In this document: piece after piece, positions 9,660 through 20,877 of the stretch
How the letters are laid out: every line of letters begins with the position of its first letter
How positions within the stretch are numbered: position 1 is the stretch's first letter
Origin: an uncultured delta proteobacterium
GTDB taxonomy: Bacteria; Myxococcota_A; Polyangia; Polyangiales; Houyiibacteriaceae
NCBI GenBank assembly: GCA_963699755.1
Contig: CAVOVB010000001.1
Location: forward strand, 800,001-864,000
Direction: 5' to 3'
DNA: 64,000 nt
Program-made: the position numbers and the translations under genes
The notes under the pieces: generated by a model
Told to the model about the DNA's origin: nothing
The model's database searches: none
What the model saw: only the letters and a program-made list of their open reading frames with translations

Positions 9660-10203
9660 GTGCGTCGAATCGTTCGCGCCGCCGTTCTCGCCGTCGCCGC
9701 AATTTCTTCGACCGCGCTCGCGCAGCCGGAGGCGGTAGACTCGGACGCTGATTCGTCGATCGTGGCGACCGTTGCCGGGCGCTCCAGACGTAGCGACCGC
9801 GCCAGACCTGGCGACCAAACCGGACGCTTCGCCGTGTGCAGATGCCTTCTTTCAGTGGGAGCTCGAGGACGCGAAGGCTCGGAGCAGGCGCGCGCGCAAC
9901 GCATTGATCGGGACAAGTGCCGCCGTCGGCGTAGGAGTTGCGTTCATCGCACTTGGCAATTCCCAGTGCCAAGTCGTCTCCCCGGCTGGTCGAGACGATG
10001 CGCTCCTGTGCAACAACACGGGCGACCTGCTCTGGGGCTTGGGGGTCGGCATGACCGTGACCGGCGGCATTGGCATGATTACCTCGGCCATCATCCTCGG
10101 TGTGGCCAACAAGAGAGTCCGCCAGACCAAACGTGACATCCGGAACCGCTACTACAGCCGGAAGGTCCGCTGGGACGCGCCTTCCGGCGGCTTCACGTTT
10201 TAG
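9660..10203 (+). pseudogene. Secreted/membrane protein split by a frameshift near 9771
   Basis: Signal peptide (MRRIVRAAVLAVAAISSTALAQ) in one frame; Gly-rich TM helices and C-terminal GGFTF in the next frame. Confidence 0.6.
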
Positions 10204-10279
10204 TAGTCGTCGTGATTCAACGCCCTTGGTGAAAGCTGAACTGGAATCGAGCAGAGCTCGAAAGGCTTGCGACTGCACC

Positions 10280-10783
10280 CTATTCGTCGTCGATGGCCGC
10301 CCTACGTCGGTCTCTCACCGCGCGTAGCTCTTCTTCGAGGATTTTGTCCTTGCCTCTTCCGACGTATGCTTTGACCTCGATCAACGCATCGAGATCGATG
10401 ACGTCGAATAGCCTCTCTGGCAACAAAGGCAGTCGCACCGTGGGTAGATCCGACACCTTAGCGAAGGGCTCGACTTGGGAGAGAACGTCGAGTCGGCCGA
10501 GCTCGGTCTCCACGAGCAGCAAACGGAACGTGGCGAGCGACTCCGCGTTCTCGGCAACGAGGGGAAGATCGGGCCGCGTGAAATGGACCGGCTCAAAGGG
10601 AGCCAACGCGGCGAGGAGCGTCCGGATCTTGTCAGCGTCCAGCTCCATCGCGATGTCGAGATCCTGAGTCGCTGTCGTCGCGCCGTGCGCGATCGCGGCC
10701 ACGCCTCCTACAACGACGAAGCTGAGCCCGGAGTCTGCCAGAACCTGGAGCAGGCGCTCGGTTTGCTGCTGGGGACTCGTCAC
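10280..10783 (-). CDS. Nucleotidyltransferase (Pol-beta superfamily, AbiEii/DUF6036-like putative toxin)
   Basis: FVVVGGVAAIAHG...TQDLDI, LDVL, LIEVK...GRGKD motifs; GTG start overlaps the upstream TGA. Confidence 0.85.
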   Translation of the reverse strand: MTSPQQQTERLLQVLADSGLSFVVVGGVAAIAHGATTATQDLDIAMELDADKIRTLLAALAPFEPVHFTRPDLPLVAENAESLATFRLLLVETELGRLDVLSQVEPFAKVSDLPTVRLPLLPERLFDVIDLDALIEVKAYVGRGKDKILEEELRAVRDRRRAAIDDE

Positions 10784-11016
10784 TGCGGAACCGACTCGCC
10801 CCAGCGACGAATGGCCTCGTCGACTTGGGCCTTTCGCAGTGAGGCGCGCTCGCCCTCGCTTAACGTGCGTGCCTGCATGCGTTGATACATCCGAACACGC
10901 TCGAAGTGGCGCCGCATTCGTTCTTCGACGGAAAGTCGAAGGTTCTCTTCGATCAGCCGGGTATCTACGCCAAAGTCGGCCACCTGATCCCGAACCTGGT
11001 CCGCGCCCCGAGTCAT
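10780..11016 (-). CDS. Small putative antitoxin/partner protein
   Basis: 78 aa, GVDTRLIEENLRLSVEERM; translationally coupled (GTGA) to the nucleotidyltransferase; extended -10 TGcTATTCT just upstream. Confidence 0.7.
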   Translation of the reverse strand: MTRGADQVRDQVADFGVDTRLIEENLRLSVEERMRRHFERVRMYQRMQARTLSEGERASLRKAQVDEAIRRWGESVPQ

Positions 11017-11070
11017 GCTGGTCTGCAGAATAGCACGGGCGCCAGACCTCTAAGGACAGGGAGAGACCCG

Positions 11071-11095
11071 AAAAAGCGGCCATTCCATGGGCCGA
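11071..11095 (-). terminator. Putative intrinsic terminator ending the 16S transcript
   Basis: Minus strand CGGCC-CATGGAAT-GGCCG hairpin followed by CTTTTT. Confidence 0.5.
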
Positions 11096-11122
11096 TCGAA
11101 CGCTGAAAACTGAATCGGAATC
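11091..11122 (-). other. 3' arm of the 16S processing stalk
   Basis: 11104-11122 is the perfect reverse complement of 12982-13000; 11091-11099 pairs with 13005-13013. Confidence 0.85.
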
Positions 11123-11198
11123 GTGCAGAGCTCAAACAACGTTCTCTGCATAGGTACTACTCGGATATGACCAGAACTATTTCTCTTTCGAGAAATTG

Positions 11199-12757
<1,559 letters not shown>

Positions 12758-12981
12758 ACTGTTGAGCTGGTTATCCTGTTGTCCCAAGCCAGCCCTGGTG
12801 AGGTCTCCGAATCGCTTGCGCGATTCACCTCACCGCCTCTTTCGAGAAGCTGCCTCAGGAACAGAGCATCACATTTGTTTATTGCGTGTTGCTCTCGGAT
12901 TGCGGTCATTTAGACCGCCTCTTGAATTGACCCTAGTCGCGCGTTTTGTTGCACGACTCGGGACCCGAGTACGTAACTATT

Positions 12982-13013
12982 GATTCCGATTCAGTTTTCA
13001 ATGATCGATCGGC
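12982..13013 (-). other. 5' arm of the 16S processing stalk (boxA-like TTGAAAACTGAA)
   Basis: Complementary to 11091-11122. Confidence 0.8.
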
Positions 13014-13047
13014 GGAATGCCCGCAGACCCCCTGCAAAGGGACGCCG

Positions 13048-13075
13048 AAGTTAGCGCGGAACGGGGGGTGGTCAA
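13048..13075 (-). promoter_or_regulatory. rRNA sigma70 promoter
   Basis: TTGACC-N16-TAACTT followed by a GC-rich discriminator CGGCGTCCC; the 16-bp spacer is typical of rrn promoters. Confidence 0.8.
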
Positions 13076-13177
13076 GCAGGAATGTCGACTTTCCTGAGAA
13101 CTTGCTAACCAACTGTAATCCTGACGTTTTTAGGGTTCTCATTCGGTGAAATCCGCGATTTCTGCGCCCGACTCTGC

Positions 13178-14584
13178 TCAGAGACGGTTTCGATCTCGAT
13201 CTATCGCGACCAGGAGATGCCCGTCGACGTCGTCGGTGGCGGGGTCGGCGATCCAGGGGCTGAGGCATTCGCGGTCGAGCACGCAGGGGTCGGTGAGCGT
13301 CTCCAAGAATGCCACGAGGTCTTCGACGTCTTGCTCGCTGTGCTCGATCGGAGCTCGGAGTGAGTCGATGCCTCTGCCTGAAACCTCGAGGAAGTCCAGC
13401 ATGTCCTGCGTGTTGCCGTCGAAGTCGGCTGAGGCGGCGTCGGGGACGCTGCCCGGGTCGAAGCGATCGATGGCGGCCTGCGGATCCAAGTGGTGCCGAA
13501 CGACTTCGGCGAGCTCGTCGTATGCGCCGGCGTGTAGGTACGGACCAGTGGCCGAGACGTTCAAGAGCGTGGGCGTCCGGAAGGAGAAGCGATAGTTGCG
13601 GTCGTCGTTCTCTCGCGCGCGCCCGTGGTCGTTCGTCCCCGAGAAGCCGTCGCCCTTCCCCCGGCCGATTTGCGGCGCGCAGATCGAATGGAAGTCCTCG
13701 TCGGTGAAGAAGTCGCCGGAATGACAGCCCGCACAACCTGCGCCGCCTTCTGCGCGGGTTTGAAAGAAGAGAAGCGCACCGCGTTTCGCGGATTCCCCGA
13801 TCGCGTCGAGGTCACCTTGGACGTACGCGCGCCAGGGCGTCTCGGTGAAAACCTGAGAATCCTCATACGCCCCAATCGCTTCGGCGATGCGCTCGTAACT
13901 GAGCTCCGAAGAGCCGAACGCTGCTTCGAATTCCGCGGCCCAGCCACCATCGTCGATCAGTCGTTGTTCGAGCGCCGCACGGAGCTCGATGTTGGTCCCA
14001 CCCGGGACGAAACGAAAGCCGCGCATCTCCTGGGCCGATGTGACCGGGAAGCGCGACTGCGCCTCGGAAAGGCTAGCCCCCGCGTCGGGGTCTGCTGTTC
14101 CAAAGGCGCTGTCTGGAGTCCGGATGCCGCCCTCTTCGAGGTTCTCGACTCGTGAATCCCAGAACAGACCCTGGTCCCAGAGCGCGAGATTGAACGTCGT
14201 CGGGGCATTCCGCGGGACCGTGAGGTCACCGTCGGGATGGGTGCGGCCCGGTCCGAGCATGTCGGGTTCGTCGGCTCCAACGCCGATCGACTGCGGCAGC
14301 CCGTCGCCGCCGCCGAGGGCCGGGTGGTGACAAGAGCCGCAAGCCGTATCGAGGTCGCCACCGAGGCTCTTGCTGAAGAAGAGCTTGCGTCCCAACTGGG
14401 CGAGCGGTTCATCGATGCTTGGAGTCTCGTGGCCCGCGGCTGGATCGCCGCGCAGCCCGTGCTTCTGAATCAAGCCTCGGAGGGCGATATCGGTTTCACT
14501 ACTGAGGTCTCCGTTGGGGCCATCGCAGGCTTGCAGAACGAATATCCAAAGACTCAAAGCAAGCCAAGTTCTAATCATGCACAT
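13178..14584 (-). CDS. Di-heme cytochrome c peroxidase/MauG-family lipoprotein
   Basis: Two heme motifs CGSCH and CAGCH, RNAPTTFN, FWDSR, FRTPTLLNV..TGPYLHAG, lipobox LQAC. Confidence 0.9.
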   Translation of the reverse strand: MCMIRTWLALSLWIFVLQACDGPNGDLSSETDIALRGLIQKHGLRGDPAAGHETPSIDEPLAQLGRKLFFSKSLGGDLDTACGSCHHPALGGGDGLPQSIGVGADEPDMLGPGRTHPDGDLTVPRNAPTTFNLALWDQGLFWDSRVENLEEGGIRTPDSAFGTADPDAGASLSEAQSRFPVTSAQEMRGFRFVPGGTNIELRAALEQRLIDDGGWAAEFEAAFGSSELSYERIAEAIGAYEDSQVFTETPWRAYVQGDLDAIGESAKRGALLFFQTRAEGGAGCAGCHSGDFFTDEDFHSICAPQIGRGKGDGFSGTNDHGRARENDDRNYRFSFRTPTLLNVSATGPYLHAGAYDELAEVVRHHLDPQAAIDRFDPGSVPDAASADFDGNTQDMLDFLEVSGRGIDSLRAPIEHSEQDVEDLVAFLETLTDPCVLDRECLSPWIADPATDDVDGHLLVAIDRDRNRL

Positions 14585-14762
14585 CTGGAGACCCGCAAGA
14601 GAAAGCTCAGGTCAGTCAACATATCACAGGAGGCCTGTCAACTGCCCCCTGACGAAAATGACAGCCCATGCTGGCTGAGCTGTCATCAGTGGCGCTAGAC
14701 TGGTTGCCCGGTGCGAGATCTCCCCAAGCAAGCCCCGGAGCTGCCAGGCGTCGCCCAAGCTC

Positions 14763-14778
14763 GGGCACGATCGATGCT
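14763..14778 (+). promoter_or_regulatory. Putative sigma54 (-24/-12) promoter
   Basis: GGGCACG-ATCG-ATGCT (GG-N10-GC), with TGAC/TGTCA half-sites about 70-130 bp upstream. Confidence 0.5.
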
Positions 14779-14783
14779 TTGCA

Positions 14784-15953
14784 GTGTCGCATGGGTGCCA
14801 GAGCCCCTGCGATGAGAACGGTGAGCGTTGCCCGCTCCGCGACTGCCTCTCGTCCAGGCGAAACGAGCGCGTCGTTCACATTCATCACGGGCGGGGCGGC
14901 GCCGAATACGTCGACGTCGAGCTTCGGCCGCTGCTCGACGAGGATGGAGAGATCGAGGGCTTCGTGGAGCTGATTGCGCCGATCCAACACGCGAGCGCGC
15001 GAGCCGGCGGCTCGTTCGTCGGGCGATCGAAGGCGTTCACCGCAATGCTCGAGTTGATCCAGCGCGGGGCTCGAAGCGAAGTGCCGATCTTGTTGTTGGG
15101 TGAGTCGGGGACTGGCAAGGAACTGGCCGCCCAGGCGATCCACGACGCAAGCGCGCGAAGCAGGGGCGCGTTCGTGCCGGTCGAGTGTTCTGGGCTTGGC
15201 GAGGCCTTGTTCGAGTCTGAGCTCTTCGGGCACGCGCGCGGCTCGTTCACTGGCGCGCATGCGCGCAAGCCAGGCCTGGTGGAGGCTGCGACCGGTGGAA
15301 CGCTTTTCCTCGATGAAATTAAGGATGTCCCGCTTTCGTTGCAGGTGAAGCTTCTGCGGGTGCTGGAGTCGGGCATGTTTCGGCCGGTCGGCGATGTCGA
15401 AGCGCGGAGCGCGGACTTTCGGCTGGTCTGCGCGACGCATCGGGATCTCGATTGCATGGTGCGGGAGAGCTCTTTCCGGAGGGACCTGTACTTCCGGATC
15501 AACACCTTTCCGATCGCGATGCCGCCGCTGCGGGAGCGGCGACAAGACATTCCTCTGCTCTGCGACACGCTGCTTGCGAACGGCGCAAAGCGGCTTTCGG
15601 CCAAGGCTCTGACTCTGCTGCAAGAGCACGACTTCCCAGGGAACATCCGCGAGCTTCGGAACATCGTCGAGCGTGCGGTTCTGCTCACGGATGGAAACGA
15701 GATCGAGGCTAGGCACCTGCCCGCGTACCTCCGAGGTGACAGGAATGCGGTGCCGAGCCCGCCAGCGGCGAGCGAAGGCTGGCCCTGGGGCGCCGAGCTA
15801 CTGCCTCTCGAAGAGGTGGAACGCCGATATCTGCGATGGGTGTCCGCCCTGCACCGGGGCGATCGCAAGGCGCTTGCCAAACGGCTGGGCGTGAGTGAAC
15901 GGACCCTCTATCGAAAGCTCCGCCAGGCGATTGACTCCGAGGAGCCTGGCTGA
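14784..15953 (+). CDS. Sigma54-dependent activator, FisR-like (Cys-rich sensor, AAA+, HTH); 5' end appears truncated
   Basis: [51 protein letters not shown]-terminal C..VSH....PCD..GE.CPL. Confidence 0.85.
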   Translation: MSHGCQSPCDENGERCPLRDCLSSRRNERVVHIHHGRGGAEYVDVELRPLLDEDGEIEGFVELIAPIQHASARAGGSFVGRSKAFTAMLELIQRGARSEVPILLLGESGTGKELAAQAIHDASARSRGAFVPVECSGLGEALFESELFGHARGSFTGAHARKPGLVEAATGGTLFLDEIKDVPLSLQVKLLRVLESGMFRPVGDVEARSADFRLVCATHRDLDCMVRESSFRRDLYFRINTFPIAMPPLRERRQDIPLLCDTLLANGAKRLSAKALTLLQEHDFPGNIRELRNIVERAVLLTDGNEIEARHLPAYLRGDRNAVPSPPAASEGWPWGAELLPLEEVERRYLRWVSALHRGDRKALAKRLGVSERTLYRKLRQAIDSEEPG

Positions 15954-16048
15954 CGCTGACGGCGGCGGTGACATGCCTGGCTGCCAGATCCGTCAGCTCC
16001 GCCGCGAAAGACATCACGAAATCGTTGGGGAAATGAGTGCATACACTT

Positions 16049-16064
16049 TGGTCCGGCTCTTGCT
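16049..16064 (+). promoter_or_regulatory. Sigma54 (-24/-12) promoter of the DUF1641-sqr-pdo operon
   Basis: TGGTCCG-GCTC-TTGCT (GG-N10-GC), 27 nt upstream of the ATG, just downstream of a bEBP gene. Confidence 0.75.
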
Positions 16065-16090
16065 GATAGAGTCGCCGCGGAGGCGAGCGG

Positions 16091-16807
16091 ATGGATCCTA
16101 AGGTGGCCCCGGCGACGGGATCAACAAGTCCAGGCGAACACTGGTCTGAGCTCGAAGCAACGTTACGTCGCATCGAAGCGCGGCTGGAACGGCTCGAGCA
16201 GGCCATTGAACCTCTCACCGAGGTCACCGCCGCCGCCCCCGCATTGACTTCGACGGCGATCGACGTTCTCGATGACTGGGCCAAGCAGCATGGAGACCTC
16301 GATACGCGGTTGCGAACCCTGTCCGAGCTGCTCGAACGAATGACGCGGCCTGAAGCGCTCGCACCGCTGATGATGGTGGTGGAGCTGAGCGAGCAAGCGA
16401 AGCCCGCGGTGGCGACGTTCACGGACATCGTCGACGAGACGATGGCTCGGGCCGCGTCGGAGGGAATGGAGATCGAGCGCCTCGTCGAGTCGTCCAAGAA
16501 CGCGATCCTGAAGCTCGCTCACCTCGCGACCGCGCACGAAGTCCAGGCCTTGCTCGATTCGGGCATGCTCGACCCGGCCGCCCTATCGACACTCGGCATG
16601 ACTGCACGCGCCGTAGCTGACGCGAGCTCAGAGCCGGCGCCGCGCATGGGATTGCTTGGTGCGCTCCGGGCGGCGCGGCAACCTTCGGTACAGCGCGCGC
16701 TCGGCTTCCTGATTCGGGTCGCGGAAAACGTTGGTGAGAACCTGGCGACCGCTCCCGCGCTCCTGCTGAATAGCACCGGAAATTCCAAATCAGAGAGAAC
16801 TCCATGA
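16091..16807 (+). CDS. DUF1641-domain protein
   Basis: Helical protein with C-terminal GLLGALRAARQPSVQRALGFL motif; overlaps the sqr start (ATGA). Confidence 0.8.
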   Translation: MDPKVAPATGSTSPGEHWSELEATLRRIEARLERLEQAIEPLTEVTAAAPALTSTAIDVLDDWAKQHGDLDTRLRTLSELLERMTRPEALAPLMMVVELSEQAKPAVATFTDIVDETMARAASEGMEIERLVESSKNAILKLAHLATAHEVQALLDSGMLDPAALSTLGMTARAVADASSEPAPRMGLLGALRAARQPSVQRALGFLIRVAENVGENLATAPALLLNSTGNSKSERTP

Positions 16808-17991
16808 GTGAACAACACGACGTGCTCATCGTTGGCGGCGGAACCGCCGGCATCACGGTAGCGGCTCAGCTCCTCCAACAGGAAGCGGCGCCGAAGGTCA
16901 CCATCGTCGATCCGTCGACGACGCACGACTACCAGCCGATCTGGACTTTGGTGGGCGGCGGCGTGTTTCCCCGAGAGGTGTCGCGGCGCGCGATGGCGGA
17001 CGTGATGCCGCGCGGGGTCAACTGGATCCGCGATCGGGTGACCGCATTCCGCCCGGAAAAGAACGAGATCCAGACCGAGGGCGGGAAGACGCTCAGCTAC
17101 AACGAGCTCATCGTCGCGGCTGGGATTCAGCTCAACTGGAACGCTGTGAAAGGCTTGCCCGACGCGATCAACAAGGGCGGGATCTGCAGCAACTACGGCT
17201 ACGACAAGGTGTCGTACACCTGGGAGACCATTCAGGCCTTCCAGGGCGGCAACGCCGTGTTCACGTTCCCGGCGACACCGATCAAGTGCGCGGGCGCACC
17301 GCAGAAGATCATGTACCTCGCCGAGGAGACTTTTCGGCGACGCGGAATTAGGGAGCAGGCCAATGTGATCTACGCTTCGGCCACCGCGGGGATCTTCGGG
17401 ATCCCGAAGTACGCCGAGGCACTCGACAAGATCATCGAAGCCCGGAACATCCAAACGCAGTTCTCGAAGAACCTCGTCGAGGTCCGGCCCGAAACGCGCG
17501 AGGCCGTGTTTCGCGATGTCAATGGCGCCGAAGAGCTGGTCTTGAAGTACGACATGATGCACGTCACCCCTCCCCAGGGCTCACCGAGCTTCATCAAGGA
17601 CAGCCCGCTGGCGAACGCCGAGGGCTGGGTCGATGTCGACAAGCACACGCTCCAACACACGAAGTTTCGGAATGTCTTCTCGCTAGGCGATTGCAGCAGC
17701 TTGCCCTGCTCTAAGACGGGCGCCGCAGTTCGGAAGCAGGCGCCGGCCCTGGTGCAGAACATCGTCGCATTTCGAGCGGAGAAGCCACTCACAGGTCACT
17801 ACGACGGCTATGCCTCCTGTCCGCTCGTCACCGGCTACGGCAAGGTGATCCTGGCGGAATTTGGCTATGATGGGGTGCTCATGGAGACCTTCCCATTCGA
17901 CCAGGCGCAGGAGCGATACAGCATGTACGCGCTCAAGGCGTACGGTCTGCCGAACCTGTACTGGCACGGGATGTTGCAGGGACGGATGTAG
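16804..17991 (+). CDS. sqr: Sulfide:quinone oxidoreductase (type II-like)
   Basis: GGGTAG FAD motif, [32 protein letters not shown] catalytic Cys motifs. Confidence 0.9.
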   Translation: MSEQHDVLIVGGGTAGITVAAQLLQQEAAPKVTIVDPSTTHDYQPIWTLVGGGVFPREVSRRAMADVMPRGVNWIRDRVTAFRPEKNEIQTEGGKTLSYNELIVAAGIQLNWNAVKGLPDAINKGGICSNYGYDKVSYTWETIQAFQGGNAVFTFPATPIKCAGAPQKIMYLAEETFRRRGIREQANVIYASATAGIFGIPKYAEALDKIIEARNIQTQFSKNLVEVRPETREAVFRDVNGAEELVLKYDMMHVTPPQGSPSFIKDSPLANAEGWVDVDKHTLQHTKFRNVFSLGDCSSLPCSKTGAAVRKQAPALVQNIVAFRAEKPLTGHYDGYASCPLVTGYGKVILAEFGYDGVLMETFPFDQAQERYSMYALKAYGLPNLYWHGMLQGRM

Positions 17992-18018
17992 TCCGAACCA
18001 AAAGAAAACGAGGAATAG

Positions 18019-18909
18019 ATGGAAGTCAAAGCCTTCTTTGATGCACCCACGTTCACGCTGACCTTCGTGGTCTGGGACGAAGAAACCAAAGATGCGGTCG
18101 TGATCGACTCGGTCTTGAACTACGACCCGCTCTCGTCGCAGACCAGCACCGAATCGCTCGACGAGCTCTCGGACTACGTCCGGCAAAACGGTCTGAGGGT
18201 TCACTACGCGCTCGAGACGCACGCGCATGCCGATCATCTGTCCGGTGCGCAGCTCCTCAAGAAGCGTTTCGACGCGAAGACCGCGATCGGCGAGCACATC
18301 ACGGCCGTGCAGGAGGTGTTCAAGGGCGTCTTTGACCTCGGCGATGACTTCCCGACGGATGGACGCCAGTTCGACAAGTTGATTTCGCACGGCGAGACAG
18401 TTCAGGCGGGGAGCCTCGAACTGAAAGCGATCGGGACGCCGGGACACACACCGGCATGCCTGACCTTCCAGATCGGTGATGCTCTGTTCACGGGCGATGC
18501 GCTCTTCATGCACGACTACGGCACGGGCCGTTGCGATTTCCCGAAGGGAAGCGCGAGCGACCTCTACGACTCGATTCAGGATCGACTCTACTCCCTGCCT
18601 GATGAGATGCGGGTCTTCCCGGGCCACGACTACATGCCGAACGACCGGGAGCTCGCTTGGGAGACCAGCATCGGTAAGTCCAAGGCCGAAAACCCGCACC
18701 TTCGCCCCGAAACAGCCCTCGAGGAGTTCGTGAGCCTTCGGCAAGCCCGAGACGCGGAGCTCGATGCGCCCCGACTGCTCTTCCAGAGCGTGCAGTTCAA
18801 CATCAACGGCGGCCAGCTTCCTCCGACCCGGGCCAACGGCCTGCGCTACTTCAAGATCCCGGTCAACATGCGCGAACCCACCGACGATATCGGCGATCCC
18901 ACGGGGTAG
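18019..18909 (+). CDS. pdo: Persulfide dioxygenase (ETHE1/PDO, MBL fold)
   Basis: [39 protein letters not shown]. Confidence 0.9.
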   Translation: MEVKAFFDAPTFTLTFVVWDEETKDAVVIDSVLNYDPLSSQTSTESLDELSDYVRQNGLRVHYALETHAHADHLSGAQLLKKRFDAKTAIGEHITAVQEVFKGVFDLGDDFPTDGRQFDKLISHGETVQAGSLELKAIGTPGHTPACLTFQIGDALFTGDALFMHDYGTGRCDFPKGSASDLYDSIQDRLYSLPDEMRVFPGHDYMPNDRELAWETSIGKSKAENPHLRPETALEEFVSLRQARDAELDAPRLLFQSVQFNINGGQLPPTRANGLRYFKIPVNMREPTDDIGDPTG

Positions 18910-18963
18910 CGGCACCGGTCCCTGCGCTTGTGAGCCCGTCGACTTGATCGTAAGCCTCTTCGC

Positions 18964-19866
18964 ATGGGGCTGATCTACTACGCTATCCCCTTTTTCCTGA
19001 TGACGATCGGTCTCGAGCGCTGGCTAGTGGCTCGAAAGGAGCGGGAGGGCGGTGCGGGAACGAAGCTCGCCGGCTTCGCGCCCAAGGATTCATTCGCGAG
19101 CCTCGCCATGGGCCTCGGCTTCCTGCTCATCGAGATCGCGCTTGCCCTGCTTCCCTTTGCAGGGCTCGCCTGGCTCTACCGGTTCCGGCTCTTCGAGATT
19201 CCGGTCGTCTGGTGGTCTTGGATCCTTCTGCTCTTTGCAGAGGACTTCTGTTACTACTGGTTCCATCGGCTTCACCACGAGGTGCGGACGCTTTGGGCCG
19301 CGCACGTGAATCACCATTCGAGCCGGCACTACAACCTGACGACGGCACTCCGGCAGTCCTGGACGACTCCGTTCACCGGCTTTCTCTTCTGGGCGCCGCT
19401 GCCTCTGCTCGGTTTTCCGATCGAGATGATCCTCGTTCAGAAGTCGATCAGCCTCCTCTATCAGTACTGGCTACACACGGAGCTCATCGATCGCATGGGC
19501 TGGTTCGAGCTCGTGTTCAACACGCCTTCACATCACCGGGTCCATCACGGACGCAATCCGATCTACCTCGACCGCAACCACGCCGGCATCTTCATCATTT
19601 GGGACAAAATGTTTGGGACCTTCGAGCCTGAGACCGAAGCGGTCGACTACGGGCTCACCAAGAACATCCAAACCTATAATCCCGTCCGAATCGCCTTTCA
19701 CGAGTGGGCCTCGATGCTCAGAGACGCCTGGAATGCCAAGAGCTGGCGGGGGCGTCTGGGATATCTCGTCATGCCACCGGGCTGGACCGAAGACGGCGCT
19801 GGAAAAACCTCCACCGTCCTGCGACGAGAGTACCTGCAGGCCACGGTGAGGGACGCTCCGGCCTGA
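18964..19866 (+). CDS. Sterol desaturase/fatty acid hydroxylase family (alkylglycerol monooxygenase-like)
   Basis: His boxes [33 protein letters not shown]. Confidence 0.88.
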   Translation: MGLIYYAIPFFLMTIGLERWLVARKEREGGAGTKLAGFAPKDSFASLAMGLGFLLIEIALALLPFAGLAWLYRFRLFEIPVVWWSWILLLFAEDFCYYWFHRLHHEVRTLWAAHVNHHSSRHYNLTTALRQSWTTPFTGFLFWAPLPLLGFPIEMILVQKSISLLYQYWLHTELIDRMGWFELVFNTPSHHRVHHGRNPIYLDRNHAGIFIIWDKMFGTFEPETEAVDYGLTKNIQTYNPVRIAFHEWASMLRDAWNAKSWRGRLGYLVMPPGWTEDGAGKTSTVLRREYLQATVRDAPA

Positions 19867-19917
19867 GCGGCGGACCGTTTTGCCGACAGACGCTCCGTTT
19901 TCGATAATGCTAGGCAG

Positions 19918-20877
19918 ATGAAGGTCCTCGTCGTCATGGTGAACTTCCGCACGCCGAAGCTGGCGGTTCGCTGTCTGCGGTCGCTGGAACGCGAGGTCGA
20001 AGAGGTCGGCGCGATGCATGTCGTCGTCGCCGACAACGACTCGGGCGACGACTCGCTGCAGGTTATCGGAGAGGCGATCGAGGCCCATGGCTGGGACTGG
20101 TGCACCTTGATGCCAGTGCCCCACAACGGCGGATTCGGCGCGGGCAACAACGCCGGCATGAGGCCTTACCTCGATGCCAAAGACGCACCCGAGTACGTGA
20201 TGCTCGTGAATCCCGATGCGCATGTGCGCCAGGGCGCGATCAGCGCTTTGCTCCGGTTCATGGAAAGCCGGCCGGACGTGGGTATGGCCGGCGCTAGAGT
20301 CGAGGACGAGAACGGCGTGCAGTCGCAATCGGCGTTTCGGTTTCCGAGCGCGTCGAGCGAGCTGGTCGAAGGCTTCAAGCTGGGCCTGCTCACCAAGCTT
20401 CTCGATCACCGACAGCTTCTGGTGGAGCTCGGAGACGAGCCGATGCCGGTGGACTGGGTCACCGGCGCCGCGGTGATGATCCGCAAAAGAGTGCTCGACC
20501 AGATCGGGCTCTTCGACGAGGGCTTTTTCCTTTACTTCGAGGAAGTCGACCTCTGCTACCGTGCTCAGCAAGCCGGCTGGAAGGTGTACTACGTGCCGGA
20601 CAGCGTCGTCGTGCACCTGCAGGCTCAGGCCACGGGCATCACCGACGATCGCGAAGAGAAACGCCGCTTCCCGGCGTACTGGTTTGATTCGCGGCGACGC
20701 TTCTTCGTGAAGAACCTGGGCAAGGCGCACGCCCTGCTCGCGGACCTCGCGTTTCTCGGCGGCTACAGCACGTATCGGGTTCGGCAGGTAGTCCAGCGCA
20801 AGCCCGATCGGGAGCCGCCCCGGTTCTGGGTCGACTTCCTGCGGAACAGCACCCTTGTCAAGGGGTTCGACGTTTAG
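19918..20877 (+). CDS. Glycosyltransferase family 2
   Basis: DNDSGD, NGGFGAGNN, LVNPDA, FDEGFFLYFEEVDLC. Confidence 0.92.
   Translation: MKVLVVMVNFRTPKLAVRCLRSLEREVEEVGAMHVVVADNDSGDDSLQVIGEAIEAHGWDWCTLMPVPHNGGFGAGNNAGMRPYLDAKDAPEYVMLVNPDAHVRQGAISALLRFMESRPDVGMAGARVEDENGVQSQSAFRFPSASSELVEGFKLGLLTKLLDHRQLLVELGDEPMPVDWVTGAAVMIRKRVLDQIGLFDEGFFLYFEEVDLCYRAQQAGWKVYYVPDSVVVHLQAQATGITDDREEKRRFPAYWFDSRRRFFVKNLGKAHALLADLAFLGGYSTYRVRQVVQRKPDREPPRFWVDFLRNSTLVKGFDV

Larger units (their letters stand above)
5967..11089. mobile_element. Putative island or acquired segment bounded by 16S 3'-end repeats
   Basis: Lies between the two direct repeats; accessory cargo, a TA-like pair and many frameshifted genes; no integrase visible. 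Confidence 0.55.

Noticed and set aside
10784..11083. 267-aa version of the nucleotidyltransferase
   Set aside because: The extension overlaps the small upstream ORF; GTG 10783 with GTGA coupling fits the domain start better.
5967..11089. Integrase or transposase within the putative island
   Set aside because: No tyrosine/serine recombinase or DDE motifs were found in any listed frame.
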